Below, one piece after another: positions 9,909 to 18,359 of a DNA stretch of 40,000 nucleotides. Source of the stretch: Hirschia litorea. Lineage in GTDB: Bacteria > Pseudomonadota > Alphaproteobacteria > Caulobacterales > Hyphomonadaceae. The DNA is taken from positions 1,288,987 through 1,328,986 of the forward strand of contig NZ_JBHTBR010000002.1 in the NCBI RefSeq assembly GCF_042665075.1, written 5' to 3'. Made by a program: the position numbers and the translations under genes. The number at the start of each line of letters is the position of its first letter. Position 1 is the first letter of the stretch. The notes under the pieces were generated by a model, which saw only the letters and a program-made list of their open reading frames with translations, was not told the origin of the DNA and did not search any database.

Positions 9909-10589
9909 TTAGCCCGCAATTGTTTGCTTTTTTCTGCCTTCTGACACATTCGCGATAACACCCACCCCAGCACGCAATAAAATCAAACCCAATATACCGA
10001 TCATCGGGTCGCCCAGCTTTGCCATTGTAAAAGCACCCACAAATATCCCGATATGCAATAAAACAATCCGCCCATAGGGTGCGAACATTTCATCCCCTAT
10101 TTCAGCCTTCACATGCTCTCCATTGCGCACATACAGCACGACGTGCTGGTATAATTCCCATAAGAATTTCGCGCTCAATATACCAACTAGCCCAATCAAC
10201 CCCATCGACGTAACGATATCCGACACGGCACTATCACCCAGCTGAGAAAACGACGTGGCTATATTGGAATTGCCGCCCACTTCGCCCAAAAAAGTCAGTA
10301 AAAACACACCATGGCCAAGGCAGAAACCGCCATAGTGAATAGTGAAAAAACTGCCCATAAATAATGCAGTAAATAGGCTAGAAATATTCCCCTTACCTAC
10401 TCCAGCAAACAAAATGCGTATTACAGTGATGACGCCGATGACTAGATTCTCAAGCCAATACAGCAGCACTAACTCTAACGCACCCCAACCCATTGTTAGC
10501 ACAGCAATAAGCGGCAATAGATCAACCAAAAACCCCGTCAAAATGACGGGCGTTTGCAAAGCACGCTGCCAATATGCAAGCTCGAACAT
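9909..10589 (-). CDS. Polytopic inner-membrane protein of unknown function
   Basis: 226-aa ORF that is almost entirely hydrophobic helices (about 6 TM). Confidence 0.65.
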   Translation of the reverse strand: MFELAYWQRALQTPVILTGFLVDLLPLIAVLTMGWGALELVLLYWLENLVIGVITVIRILFAGVGKGNISSLFTALFMGSFFTIHYGGFCLGHGVFLLTFLGEVGGNSNIATSFSQLGDSAVSDIVTSMGLIGLVGILSAKFLWELYQHVVLYVRNGEHVKAEIGDEMFAPYGRIVLLHIGIFVGAFTMAKLGDPMIGILGLILLRAGVGVIANVSEGRKKQTIAG

Positions 10590-10673
10590 AATTGATCATC
10601 CCCACTCACCACGCACACAATTGTGTGCTCAATTCGTCCAGCCCAAAATGTAGCCGTAAATTTGCTTTTCCAG

Positions 10674-10710
10674 CAAACAAAAAAGGGAGGCCCAACACTT
10701 AGAGCCTCCC
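10674..10710 (-). terminator. Rho-independent terminator downstream of alkaline phosphatase
   Basis: On the minus strand, GGGAGGC-N12-GCCTCCC (10685-10691 / 10704-10710) is followed by a T-run, which appears as an A-run on the plus strand ending at 10684. Confidence 0.7.
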
Positions 10711-10756
10711 TCTTCTATAATCATTGCATAAAGGGCACCCCCTCATGCAGGCAAGT

Positions 10757-12304
10757 TTAGTCTAGCAAACCAAGGCTTTTACCTATGACGTGAAAGATTT
10801 CATTTTCTTCCATCACACCTGACACAAGGTTAGATCCAGGTCCGCCTGCAAGCAAAGCCACATCTTCCCCAGCGTGGGTTTCAGATGCCATTGGCACAGT
10901 TGCTTGTTGCATAAAGTTTTTCTGCGTCGTGTCTTGCTTGCTCAAATTACTGCGCGCACATCCAGCTTCAGCATCACCATCACCTTCGCCACATACAGCG
11001 CCGGGTCCATTGGCATATCCCAAAGTAGTGTATGGCTTTCCATCCGCACCAGTATTTGGCGTAAATCCATAGCTAGATAGACCTAGAATTGGATTATTGC
11101 GCTGCGAATACCCTGAAATCGTCATTGTGTGTGAGTGATCTGCCGTAACCAAAATCAGCGTATCTTCATCAGACGTCATTTCCAGCGCTTTTGCCACAGC
11201 TTCATCCAGCGCAACTGCATCACTCAAAGCACGCGCCGCATTTCCACCATGATGGCCGTGGTCAACACGTCCGCCTTCAACCATTAGCAGATAGCCTTTA
11301 TCGTTTTGACGAAGACGCGTAATTGCCGCCTCTGTCATTTGAGCGATACTCGGCTCGCCAGCACCATCCTCTTCACGGTCCAATGTGTACTGCATGTGAG
11401 ATGGCTCGAATAAGCCCATCACATGCTTGTCTGACGCAAAATCAATCGCATCAAAACCTGCCTGATCATACACAAATACGTGTGCGTCAGATTTTTCGTT
11501 CCATTCTTCAATAAGGTTGCGTCCGTCTGTGCGGCGGCCACCTTTGTTTGGGTATTCAGGGTCAGATACATCCGCAGGCATAAGGTGTTGACGTCCACCA
11601 CCCAACACAATCTCAAATCCGTCACCGTGATCCCATTCGATCAATTGGCGCGCAATATCTGCGCAATCGCCATCTTCAACTTCTGTATTGTCTTCCCAAT
11701 TGCGCGAAGCAGACTCAGAATATGTTGCAGCTGGTGTCGCGTGTGTAATACGCGCCGTTGACACAATCCCCGTTGCCAATCCCTGCTCTTCAGCAATCTC
11801 CCACAAACTATCTGTTCCCGTGGCTTCCGCAGATGCACAATTTCCGTATTTCGCATCTTGTGTCAGGCCCAATGTGCGACCAGGCACTTTCACGCCTGTC
11901 GTCATGGCTGTTGCAGTTGCCGCAGAATCCGCAATCTGGGAGTCATGCGAATATGTTTTAGACAATGCAGAATATGGCAAACTATCCATCGCCAGATGAT
12001 AACTCTCACCATCCACACCTTTTTGCTGACCCGCATAAATGCGAGCTGCTGTAATCGTGGAAATTCCCATTCCATCGCCAATAAAGAGGATTACATTCTT
12101 AGCAGGCTTCACATCGCGCTTTTCCAACTTGCTTTGAATCGCAGCTGCTGCGCTCACATAGTAGGAATCAGCTGACTGAGATGGCGTAACGGCTTCGCGA
12201 TCGCCAAAAGAGGCAATCTCTGGATCAGTCAAATGGGTGCACGCAGATAGGCCAAACAGGGCCGTTGCGCTCGCGAGTGCGGACAAACGGATAGATTTTA
12301 ACAA
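10757..12304 (-). CDS. Alkaline phosphatase (PhoA/PF00245 family), secreted lipoprotein
   Basis: Signal peptide plus lipobox (GLSAC). Motifs present: active-site region DGMGIST, the nucleophile motif DSAATATAMTTGVK, and the metal ligand regions VTADHSH and DHGHH. Confidence 0.9.
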   Translation of the reverse strand: MLKSIRLSALASATALFGLSACTHLTDPEIASFGDREAVTPSQSADSYYVSAAAAIQSKLEKRDVKPAKNVILFIGDGMGISTITAARIYAGQQKGVDGESYHLAMDSLPYSALSKTYSHDSQIADSAATATAMTTGVKVPGRTLGLTQDAKYGNCASAEATGTDSLWEIAEEQGLATGIVSTARITHATPAATYSESASRNWEDNTEVEDGDCADIARQLIEWDHGDGFEIVLGGGRQHLMPADVSDPEYPNKGGRRTDGRNLIEEWNEKSDAHVFVYDQAGFDAIDFASDKHVMGLFEPSHMQYTLDREEDGAGEPSIAQMTEAAITRLRQNDKGYLLMVEGGRVDHGHHGGNAARALSDAVALDEAVAKALEMTSDEDTLILVTADHSHTMTISGYSQRNNPILGLSSYGFTPNTGADGKPYTTLGYANGPGAVCGEGDGDAEAGCARSNLSKQDTTQKNFMQQATVPMASETHAGEDVALLAGGPGSNLVSGVMEENEIFHVIGKSLGLLD

Positions 12305-12489
12305 GATAACTCTCCGGTGGGGATTTTAAGAATGTGGGTTTGGGACAGACCCTAATAAAGTTTTGCGTCAGTTTCATAGCAAAATCGACTCTATGCGACA
12401 CTTATTAGCGATTAAATCCACCTCACCCAATAGGGATAAGACAAAACTTATCCAACAGCGCGCTAAATTGCTCATACTACGTCCATCAC

Positions 12490-13080
12490 ACCTCATGGGG
12501 CGGCTCGCGACCGATCGTGCTGGGGTGGGATGGTGTACCCTTCAAACCACATGGCGCATTCGGAGTGTCTATGCAGGTGTTGGGCGTGCTCTAGGGGATA
12601 TCCTTTGCGGGGGTGGCTGTCGTCATCCTTAGCGGGCTTTGGGGGCAGGAACCCCTTATAAGAAGGAACCTCACCACGGTAAATCACCATGCGAGGCACG
12701 CAGATTTGCGGCCTACTTACCTGCTGGGGCCCGTGTGCAGATCGGGTCTTGGCTATCACTGCCAAAAATCTGTGTGCCTCGCGCCCTGATTTTACGAAGA
12801 ATGCTTATACTCTCGCATCAGAAATGGTGGCGGAGGTTTTGGTGTATCCGGCCCTCAGGCCGACGAGCAAAGCGAAGGCACAGGTGCGCCAATTTCTAAT
12901 TGGCAATCGCACCGAGCATAGACAGTCAAATGGCGGAGGTTTTGGTATATGTGACGCTCATATCGCCGGCATATCTACAGCGAATCTAAACGCTGACATC
13001 TCTTGCCCAAGACTGCGCCATGGCCTACCAGCAAGAAAGACGACTCACTGAAAAGTCGCAGAGAATACGGATCAAAAGCT
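12490..13080 (+). other. GC-rich segment containing several helices and lacking a credible ORF; candidate structured RNA or decayed element
   Basis: It lies in an 825-bp gap between divergent genes. A 17-bp helix pairs 12691-12707 with 12766-12782, and its single non-Watson-Crick pair is G-T only on the plus strand. Local hairpins occur at 12849-12862 and 12883-12913. The 16-mer TGGCGGAGGTTTTGGT occurs twice (12828, 12931). The ORFs here overlap each other and look non-protein-like. Confidence 0.25.
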
Positions 13081-13130
13081 AGGTTTACATCCATAGCCTG
13101 AGCCGAGTTTGCAAAGGGGAGCAAACGTTC

Positions 13131-14291
13131 ATGATGCTACGCATATTGCGGTCCTTGGGGCCTGCCGTCACTTTTCCATCCATGACAGAAGCCATTCGCG
13201 CTGGCTTTGGTGCGTTTGTCGGTTTGGGGCTAACGGGCCTCTTCGTTCTTTCGCCAATCATTGATCTGCAAACGGGTCTCTATCTCGTTGCGCCCTTTGG
13301 GGCCACGTCCGTATTGCTGTTTGCCGTCCCAAACAGCCCCCTTGCCCAGCCTTGGTCGGCCATTGTCGGCAATACCATCGCCGCTATCATTGCAATTGCC
13401 ATTTGCATGTTCATAAGCGATCCAACCTTGAGCATCGCGCTGTCTGTTGGCCTTGCCATCACGGCCACCATTCTTTGCCGCGCCGTGCATCCCCCCGCAG
13501 GCGCTGTTGCGATGACAGTCGCCATGAGTCCCGAAGCCATTGCGCGCCTTGGCTTTTGGTTTGCGCTCACCCCCATCGCCATTGGCACAATCGCGCTTGT
13601 CGCCGTGGCGATCATCTATGCCAAGCTGACAGGGCGTCATTATCCCTTTCGCCAATATAACGAGCCAAACCAGCACAAGACAAATGATTTAGAACCCATT
13701 GAAAGACTGGGCCTTTCAGAACAAGAACTCACCGATATTCTCGAGCGTTATAGCCAATCCTTCAATCTTGGTGTGGAAGACCTTGCCCGCCTTATCGGTG
13801 CCGCCGAATTACAAGCCGCCGCCCATAGAACAGGCCCGCTCATCGCCGACAACATCATGTCGCGCAATCTTGTGAAAGGGCCGCCAACCATGCCGCTATC
13901 AGATGTTGCCGACCTATTCAGACGGCATAAATTCACAGCCCTTCCCGTTGTCGACTCTGAAGGCATTTTTCTTGGCGTTATTTTCCAGATTCACCTGATT
14001 AATCGCGCCAGAGAAGATTCTCTTCGCCTACATCGTGGTTTTGAACATGTCTTAAAAAGGCTTCTTGATCCTAAGAGAGAACAACCCATTCGCGCCGAAG
14101 ATATTATGAGCGTCACCATTCCCCGCGCCTTTATCTCGACGCCAATTGCCGCCCTTCTGCCCTTAATGGCTGAGGGTGATATCGAAGCCATTCCGATCAT
14201 GGATCATAAGAAAATCATCGGCATCGTCACCCGCACCGACCTCATCGCCGCCCTCGCCCGCACCTATTCCCAATCCCCGCCACCCCCCTAG
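13131..14291 (+). CDS. HPP-family membrane protein fused to a CBS-domain pair
   Basis: The N-terminal TM domain carries the signature CRAVHPPAGA. The C-terminal half has two CBS-like units (IMSRNLV..FTALPVVD; IMSVTIP..IEAIPIMD..IIGIVTRTDL). Confidence 0.85.
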   Translation: MMLRILRSLGPAVTFPSMTEAIRAGFGAFVGLGLTGLFVLSPIIDLQTGLYLVAPFGATSVLLFAVPNSPLAQPWSAIVGNTIAAIIAIAICMFISDPTLSIALSVGLAITATILCRAVHPPAGAVAMTVAMSPEAIARLGFWFALTPIAIGTIALVAVAIIYAKLTGRHYPFRQYNEPNQHKTNDLEPIERLGLSEQELTDILERYSQSFNLGVEDLARLIGAAELQAAAHRTGPLIADNIMSRNLVKGPPTMPLSDVADLFRRHKFTALPVVDSEGIFLGVIFQIHLINRAREDSLRLHRGFEHVLKRLLDPKREQPIRAEDIMSVTIPRAFISTPIAALLPLMAEGDIEAIPIMDHKKIIGIVTRTDLIAALARTYSQSPPPP

Positions 14292-14308
14292 CACTCACGA
14301 CCGAATTT

Positions 14309-14322
14309 CCCGCGAAGGCGGG
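14309..14322. repeat. Left copy of 14-bp direct repeat (putative target-site duplication) CCCGCGAAGGCGGG
   Basis: The exact 14-mer recurs at 28208-28221 in the same orientation, and each copy abuts a terminal inverted repeat. Confidence 0.8.
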
Positions 14323-14345
14323 GGGGTATAGTGATATCCAGAATT
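14323..14345. repeat. Left terminal inverted repeat (GGGGTATAGTGATATCCAGAATT)
   Basis: The 17-bp core GGGGTATAGTGATATCC (14323-14339) is the perfect reverse complement of 28190-28206. The match continues with one indel. Confidence 0.8.
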
Positions 14346-14463
14346 AAATAAATCTGCCCATTTCACCAAAGACAACTGGCGTTCTTAAAATCAAATGACT
14401 TTTGCTATATTACAACGTATGGGTGTTTTAGCTATAAGTGAAAATTAGATTCGGGATTTGGGT

Positions 14464-15480
14464 ATGGGTATCGAAGATTATGTAGCTAGCACGAAATTTG
14501 GTATTGATAACTTGAGTTTTCTATTTGGTGCTGGGACATCATTTGAAGCTGGGTATCCACTCATATCTGGGTTGACAGTCTCCGTATTAGGCGGACTTTC
14601 ACCTGATGAAAACAATAATCTATCAGAAGTATTCACAGCTCTTAAAATTGATGTGAACACCCTAAACATAGAAGAGATTTCTGATTGTGTTCTTAAACAT
14701 TACATTGAAAGTCAGGATATACGGTTTTTTTATTTAATGGATAGAATAAGATCATTGATAAGCGAGGTTATTCTAGATGTTTCAAATCCAAACTTGTCCA
14801 ATCATATATCATTTTTTAATTCTCTAAAACGTAGAGCCTTTAATCGCTCCACTGTTGTCTGGATTTTTACGACGAACTACGATTTGCTCTTTGAAGAAGC
14901 TGCCGCACTATCTGGTGTAAACCTGATAAATGGGTTCACAGGGGTATCGACTAGATTTTATTCAGAAGATGAATTTCATGCTGTGCGAGGTACAAGAAGT
15001 GGTAGTCGTTTTGTAGAAACTCCTGCATTAACTGTAAGGTTAGTTAAACTTCATGGATCAGTTTCATGGTATAAGAATGAAACTAATGTTTTTGAATGTC
15101 ATCCTCAACAAATTCCCCATGACAAGCCACGGTGCATGGTTTTGCCTAGACGCAAGAAAGTCATTGAGACTTTAGATACTCCATATCAGCGACTTTTTCG
15201 AATTTCTAGCGAATTTTTGGGAAGCCAGTGCGTGAATTTAATCGCATCGGGATTTAGTTTTTGTGATGACCATATAAATGATACTCTGATCACCTCCAAG
15301 ATAAACAACGGCAAAATTATTCTGGCTAACTTCTGTGAAGTTGAACCTCCAGAATTGACTGACCTCAGATCAAGACCAAATGTCAGTCATATTACTAAAG
15401 ATAAGCTTATCAATGGTGGGATAGAAACAGCGGGTGCAACCGACTTTTGGAAATTCAGCGAATTTGTAAAACTTTTTTAG
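14464..15480 (+). CDS. SIR2-family (SIR2_2-type) NAD+-binding/NADase protein, partner of HerA
   Basis: Motifs LSFLFGAGTS, IFTTNYDLLFE and VKLHGSVSW are typical of defence-type SIR2 proteins. The gene lies immediately upstream of a HerA-like ATPase. The ORF opens at a TTG at 14458, and the first ATG is at 14464. Confidence 0.8.
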   Translation: MGIEDYVASTKFGIDNLSFLFGAGTSFEAGYPLISGLTVSVLGGLSPDENNNLSEVFTALKIDVNTLNIEEISDCVLKHYIESQDIRFFYLMDRIRSLISEVILDVSNPNLSNHISFFNSLKRRAFNRSTVVWIFTTNYDLLFEEAAALSGVNLINGFTGVSTRFYSEDEFHAVRGTRSGSRFVETPALTVRLVKLHGSVSWYKNETNVFECHPQQIPHDKPRCMVLPRRKKVIETLDTPYQRLFRISSEFLGSQCVNLIASGFSFCDDHINDTLITSKINNGKIILANFCEVEPPELTDLRSRPNVSHITKDKLINGGIETAGATDFWKFSEFVKLF

Positions 15481-15494
15481 GGGGAAGTAAAATT

Positions 15495-17189
15495 ATGGCT
15501 TATCAAATTGGAAAAGTCATTCAGGTCAAAGGCGATCAGATTCATATAGAACTAATTGACCATGATTCTTCTAAACCAATCGGTGTTCCAGAAACTATGG
15601 CGGTAGCAGTACCGACTGATGATGGACCAGAAACTCTACTGATCGGGCAACCTGGCTCGTTTATAGAATTATCCTTACCAAATGGAAGATTGCTGTGCTT
15701 AGTCACAGAAATACAAATGAAGCAGGTTAATATTCCTATCTCAGCAGAAAAATCAGCCATGTTGGAAGGTGAGCTTTTACTAGATAGGGCTGCCAGAATT
15801 CTTGTATCAATTCCTGTGGGAACATTTAATTCAAAGAGCGAATTTGAAAGAGGAACGAACTCCCTTCCAACGGTAAATGCTCCTGCCTTTGCTGTATTAC
15901 CTTCCACAATTGACCGTATTTATGCGAGTTTCGCTGAGGGAGACTTTTCTCTAGGAAAGCTTTCTTTGTTTCCAGAACAAGAAGCCAAAATGAATCTGGA
16001 TGCTTTCCTTGGCAGACATGCAGCCATACTAGGACAAACAGGAGGTGGAAAGTCATGGACCGTAGCGTCTATTTTGCAGAAAATATCTAAATTTCCTCAG
16101 TCTACGGTACTACTTTTAGATCTTCATGGGGAATATACGAACGCCTTTGGTGAAGAAGCTGAAGTAATCGCAGCTAATGAAATAGAAATGCCCTATTGGC
16201 TAATGAACTCTGAAGAGTTGTTGGGTCTGATGATTGATCGAGCTGAAAGTAGCGCGCCCAATCAAAATGCTAAATTCAAAGAATTACTTCAGGAAGCCAA
16301 AGAGAGTAATGTAGAAAATAAAAAATTGGGGTTGGAAAAGATTACAATTGATACTCCGGTGTTTTTTGATCTTAAGTCTATCATCGATGAATTCAGAAAG
16401 TTGGATGTAGAAATGGTCGCGGGTAAAACAAAGCCTGTTAAAGGACCGCTCCATGGGGATTTTACTCGACTATTAATGCGTTTAGAATCTCGTCTAAATG
16501 ATCGTCGTTATGATTTAATTTTTAAACCCAAGACCTACAACACTAGCGCATCGATGAATGATCTATTTCGTAAAATTTTGGGTGAGCAGGAAGATGCTGC
16601 AAAAAAAATTGTTGTGTTAGATATGAGTCCGGTCCCATTTGACGTTCGGGGGTCTATAATTTCACTAGTGCTCAGATGCCTTTTTGATTTTTCATATTGG
16701 TATAGTCGAGTAAATGAGTCTCGGTATCCCATTTCCATCTTTGCTGATGAAGCTCACATATATTTAAGCGACAAATCTAGTGATAGTGCACCACGAGAAA
16801 GTGCAGAGCGAATTGCTAAAGAAGGACGGAAATATGGCCTAAGTTTAACGGTTATTAGTCAGCGTCCGAGAGAGTTATCTTCTACAATCTTATCCCAATG
16901 CGGAAGTTTTCTTTGTTTGAGAATCTCAAATCCAGATGATCAATCTTATGTTCGTAATCTACTGCCCGATTCTGTTAGAGGTATTACCTCTATGTTTTCT
17001 TCATTAACACGTGGAGAGGCTATTTTGATAGGAGATTCAATGATGATGCCTACGAGAATCAAGGTTGATAAACCTAATCCTACACCAAATAGTAACGATG
17101 CTTCATTTGTCGATACTTGGTCAAAGGAAAGAGACGTTTTGGATGTTGAAAAAGTATTGCAGGCGTGGAGAAATCAAAAAATTGTTTAA
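15495..17189 (+). CDS. HerA-like (DUF87/FtsK-HerA superfamily) hexameric ATPase of a SIR2-HerA pair
   Basis: Walker A GQTGGGKSWT, Walker B-like IFADEAHIY and the ISQRPRELSSTILSQCGSFLCLRISNPDD block are present. The ATG at 15495 is preceded by GGGGGAAG. Confidence 0.85.
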   Translation: MAYQIGKVIQVKGDQIHIELIDHDSSKPIGVPETMAVAVPTDDGPETLLIGQPGSFIELSLPNGRLLCLVTEIQMKQVNIPISAEKSAMLEGELLLDRAARILVSIPVGTFNSKSEFERGTNSLPTVNAPAFAVLPSTIDRIYASFAEGDFSLGKLSLFPEQEAKMNLDAFLGRHAAILGQTGGGKSWTVASILQKISKFPQSTVLLLDLHGEYTNAFGEEAEVIAANEIEMPYWLMNSEELLGLMIDRAESSAPNQNAKFKELLQEAKESNVENKKLGLEKITIDTPVFFDLKSIIDEFRKLDVEMVAGKTKPVKGPLHGDFTRLLMRLESRLNDRRYDLIFKPKTYNTSASMNDLFRKILGEQEDAAKKIVVLDMSPVPFDVRGSIISLVLRCLFDFSYWYSRVNESRYPISIFADEAHIYLSDKSSDSAPRESAERIAKEGRKYGLSLTVISQRPRELSSTILSQCGSFLCLRISNPDDQSYVRNLLPDSVRGITSMFSSLTRGEAILIGDSMMMPTRIKVDKPNPTPNSNDASFVDTWSKERDVLDVEKVLQAWRNQKIV

Positions 17190-17201
17190 CGATCAGTCAA
17201 T

Positions 17202-18359
17202 TCAGATACTCCAATTGATCAATTGGGCTAATCGCCTAACCAACTCTGGATTTAACCTGCATACACCGTCTGATTGAATATCAAAATCAGCTCCGGTGAA
17301 AGTCTCTTCTTGAACTAGCTTCAATACAACCCGATCTACAACGGGCCGCATAGGTTCCATAATATCAAGTGCAAAAGATGGCCTTGGTGGTCCTGTTCGT
17401 CCCCTTGAGCGGGTATGAATTATACCCAGCATTGGATCAAAACCAGTTGCGATAGCCTGAAGCTGCATTTGTCCAAGAAGCATTGTGTAGACATAGTTCA
17501 ACATTGCATTGACAGGATGTGTGGCAAATACGTTTTCGGCTTTCCCTTCTCTGAAAAGAGAGGTGCGCGATTTAAAAACAAGCCAGTCGTCAGGAATGGG
17601 ATATTGCTTCGTTGATTTCCACTTTAAATCAATTGACTGCCAAGCTCTGAAATAAGCACTCGCCGCTTGGGCTTCGATTGAAGTTAGCTCTTTCAATTGA
17701 CTATGAGTACCGGTCTTCAATTGCTCAACGAATGCAGGTATTTTTCTTAAAGCTGAATCTCTAGCTTTCGACGTTGGCAAATGAGACTCAAGAGTTTCTA
17801 CAGCGTTATTTAATTTATCTATCATCAAAGGCAGAGCGAAAGATATTTGCTTTGCTTCATCCTTTCTAGCTGCTAATTGCCATTCAAATTTTTCTGGATC
17901 AGCGGATAAACCGCCTGATGTAATTAAAGAAAAGAATTGGCCGTTCCATTTAATTCTAATTAGCGGGATGTTTTGTTCAGTTAGCCAATCCAAGGCATCG
18001 AGTGTAATTGTCCCGTGTCCATCCAAAATTATAATTCTTTTAGGACGATCTAATTCACCCTTAAAATAAGATAATTCTCTATTTTTATTTGGGTAATGCG
18101 TATTACCATCTTTTACAATTAAACGAGCTTTATCGACTTTTAGCGATAAGCCATGGCCCGTTAAAATTAAAGGCTGGTTTTCACGTTCACGGCGCTTTCT
18201 AATTGGTAAAAATGATTGGTATTTGTCTAACCAATAATTGCAGCGATTAGGCCATTCGTGAGAAATGTTATCAGTATTTAAATCCAATTTATTCAATCTA
18301 ATTGTGTCCTTAAGCAGCCAATCAAAACGAATAAGAAATGTCCGATTTAAACACATCAA
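17202..18359 (-). CDS. cas1: Cas1-family integrase (casposase-like, stand-alone)
   Basis: The N-terminal beta domain reads LILTGHGLSLKVDKARLIVKDG..IILDGHGTITLDALDWL..IPLIRIKWNG. The catalytic-domain motifs IEAQAASAYF (Glu), NAMLNYVYT, GIIHTRSRGR (His) and SFALDIMEPMRP (Asp/Glu) are all present. Confidence 0.85.
   Translation of the reverse strand: MMCLNRTFLIRFDWLLKDTIRLNKLDLNTDNISHEWPNRCNYWLDKYQSFLPIRKRRERENQPLILTGHGLSLKVDKARLIVKDGNTHYPNKNRELSYFKGELDRPKRIIILDGHGTITLDALDWLTEQNIPLIRIKWNGQFFSLITSGGLSADPEKFEWQLAARKDEAKQISFALPLMIDKLNNAVETLESHLPTSKARDSALRKIPAFVEQLKTGTHSQLKELTSIEAQAASAYFRAWQSIDLKWKSTKQYPIPDDWLVFKSRTSLFREGKAENVFATHPVNAMLNYVYTMLLGQMQLQAIATGFDPMLGIIHTRSRGRTGPPRPSFALDIMEPMRPVVDRVVLKLVQEETFTGADFDIQSDGVCRLNPELVRRLAQLINWSI

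Noticed and set aside
12363-13051. Four overlapping ORFs of 86-120 aa on both strands in the phosphatase/HPP intergenic region
   Set aside because: They are mutually overlapping, Arg/Cys/Trp/Pro-rich, and show no motif or RBS. The region is better explained as non-coding, as described in the structured-RNA finding.
12305-13130. Known housekeeping RNAs (two-piece alphaproteobacterial tmRNA, RNase P RNA, SRP/4.5S, 6S) or a cobalamin-type riboswitch
   Set aside because: I looked for the hallmarks: a tRNA-like GGTTCGA..TCCACCA end and an ANDN.. tag frame, GAAAGTCCGGGC / ACAGAA P4 elements, the SRP GGAA tetraloop domain, and a B12 box. I found none on either strand, but cmscan is needed to be sure.
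13230-13676. 148-aa and 111-aa minus-strand ORFs and a 102-aa plus-strand ORF inside the HPP gene
   Set aside because: They are alternative-frame or antisense ORFs within a well-supported membrane-protein gene, with Gly/Arg/His-rich artefactual translations.
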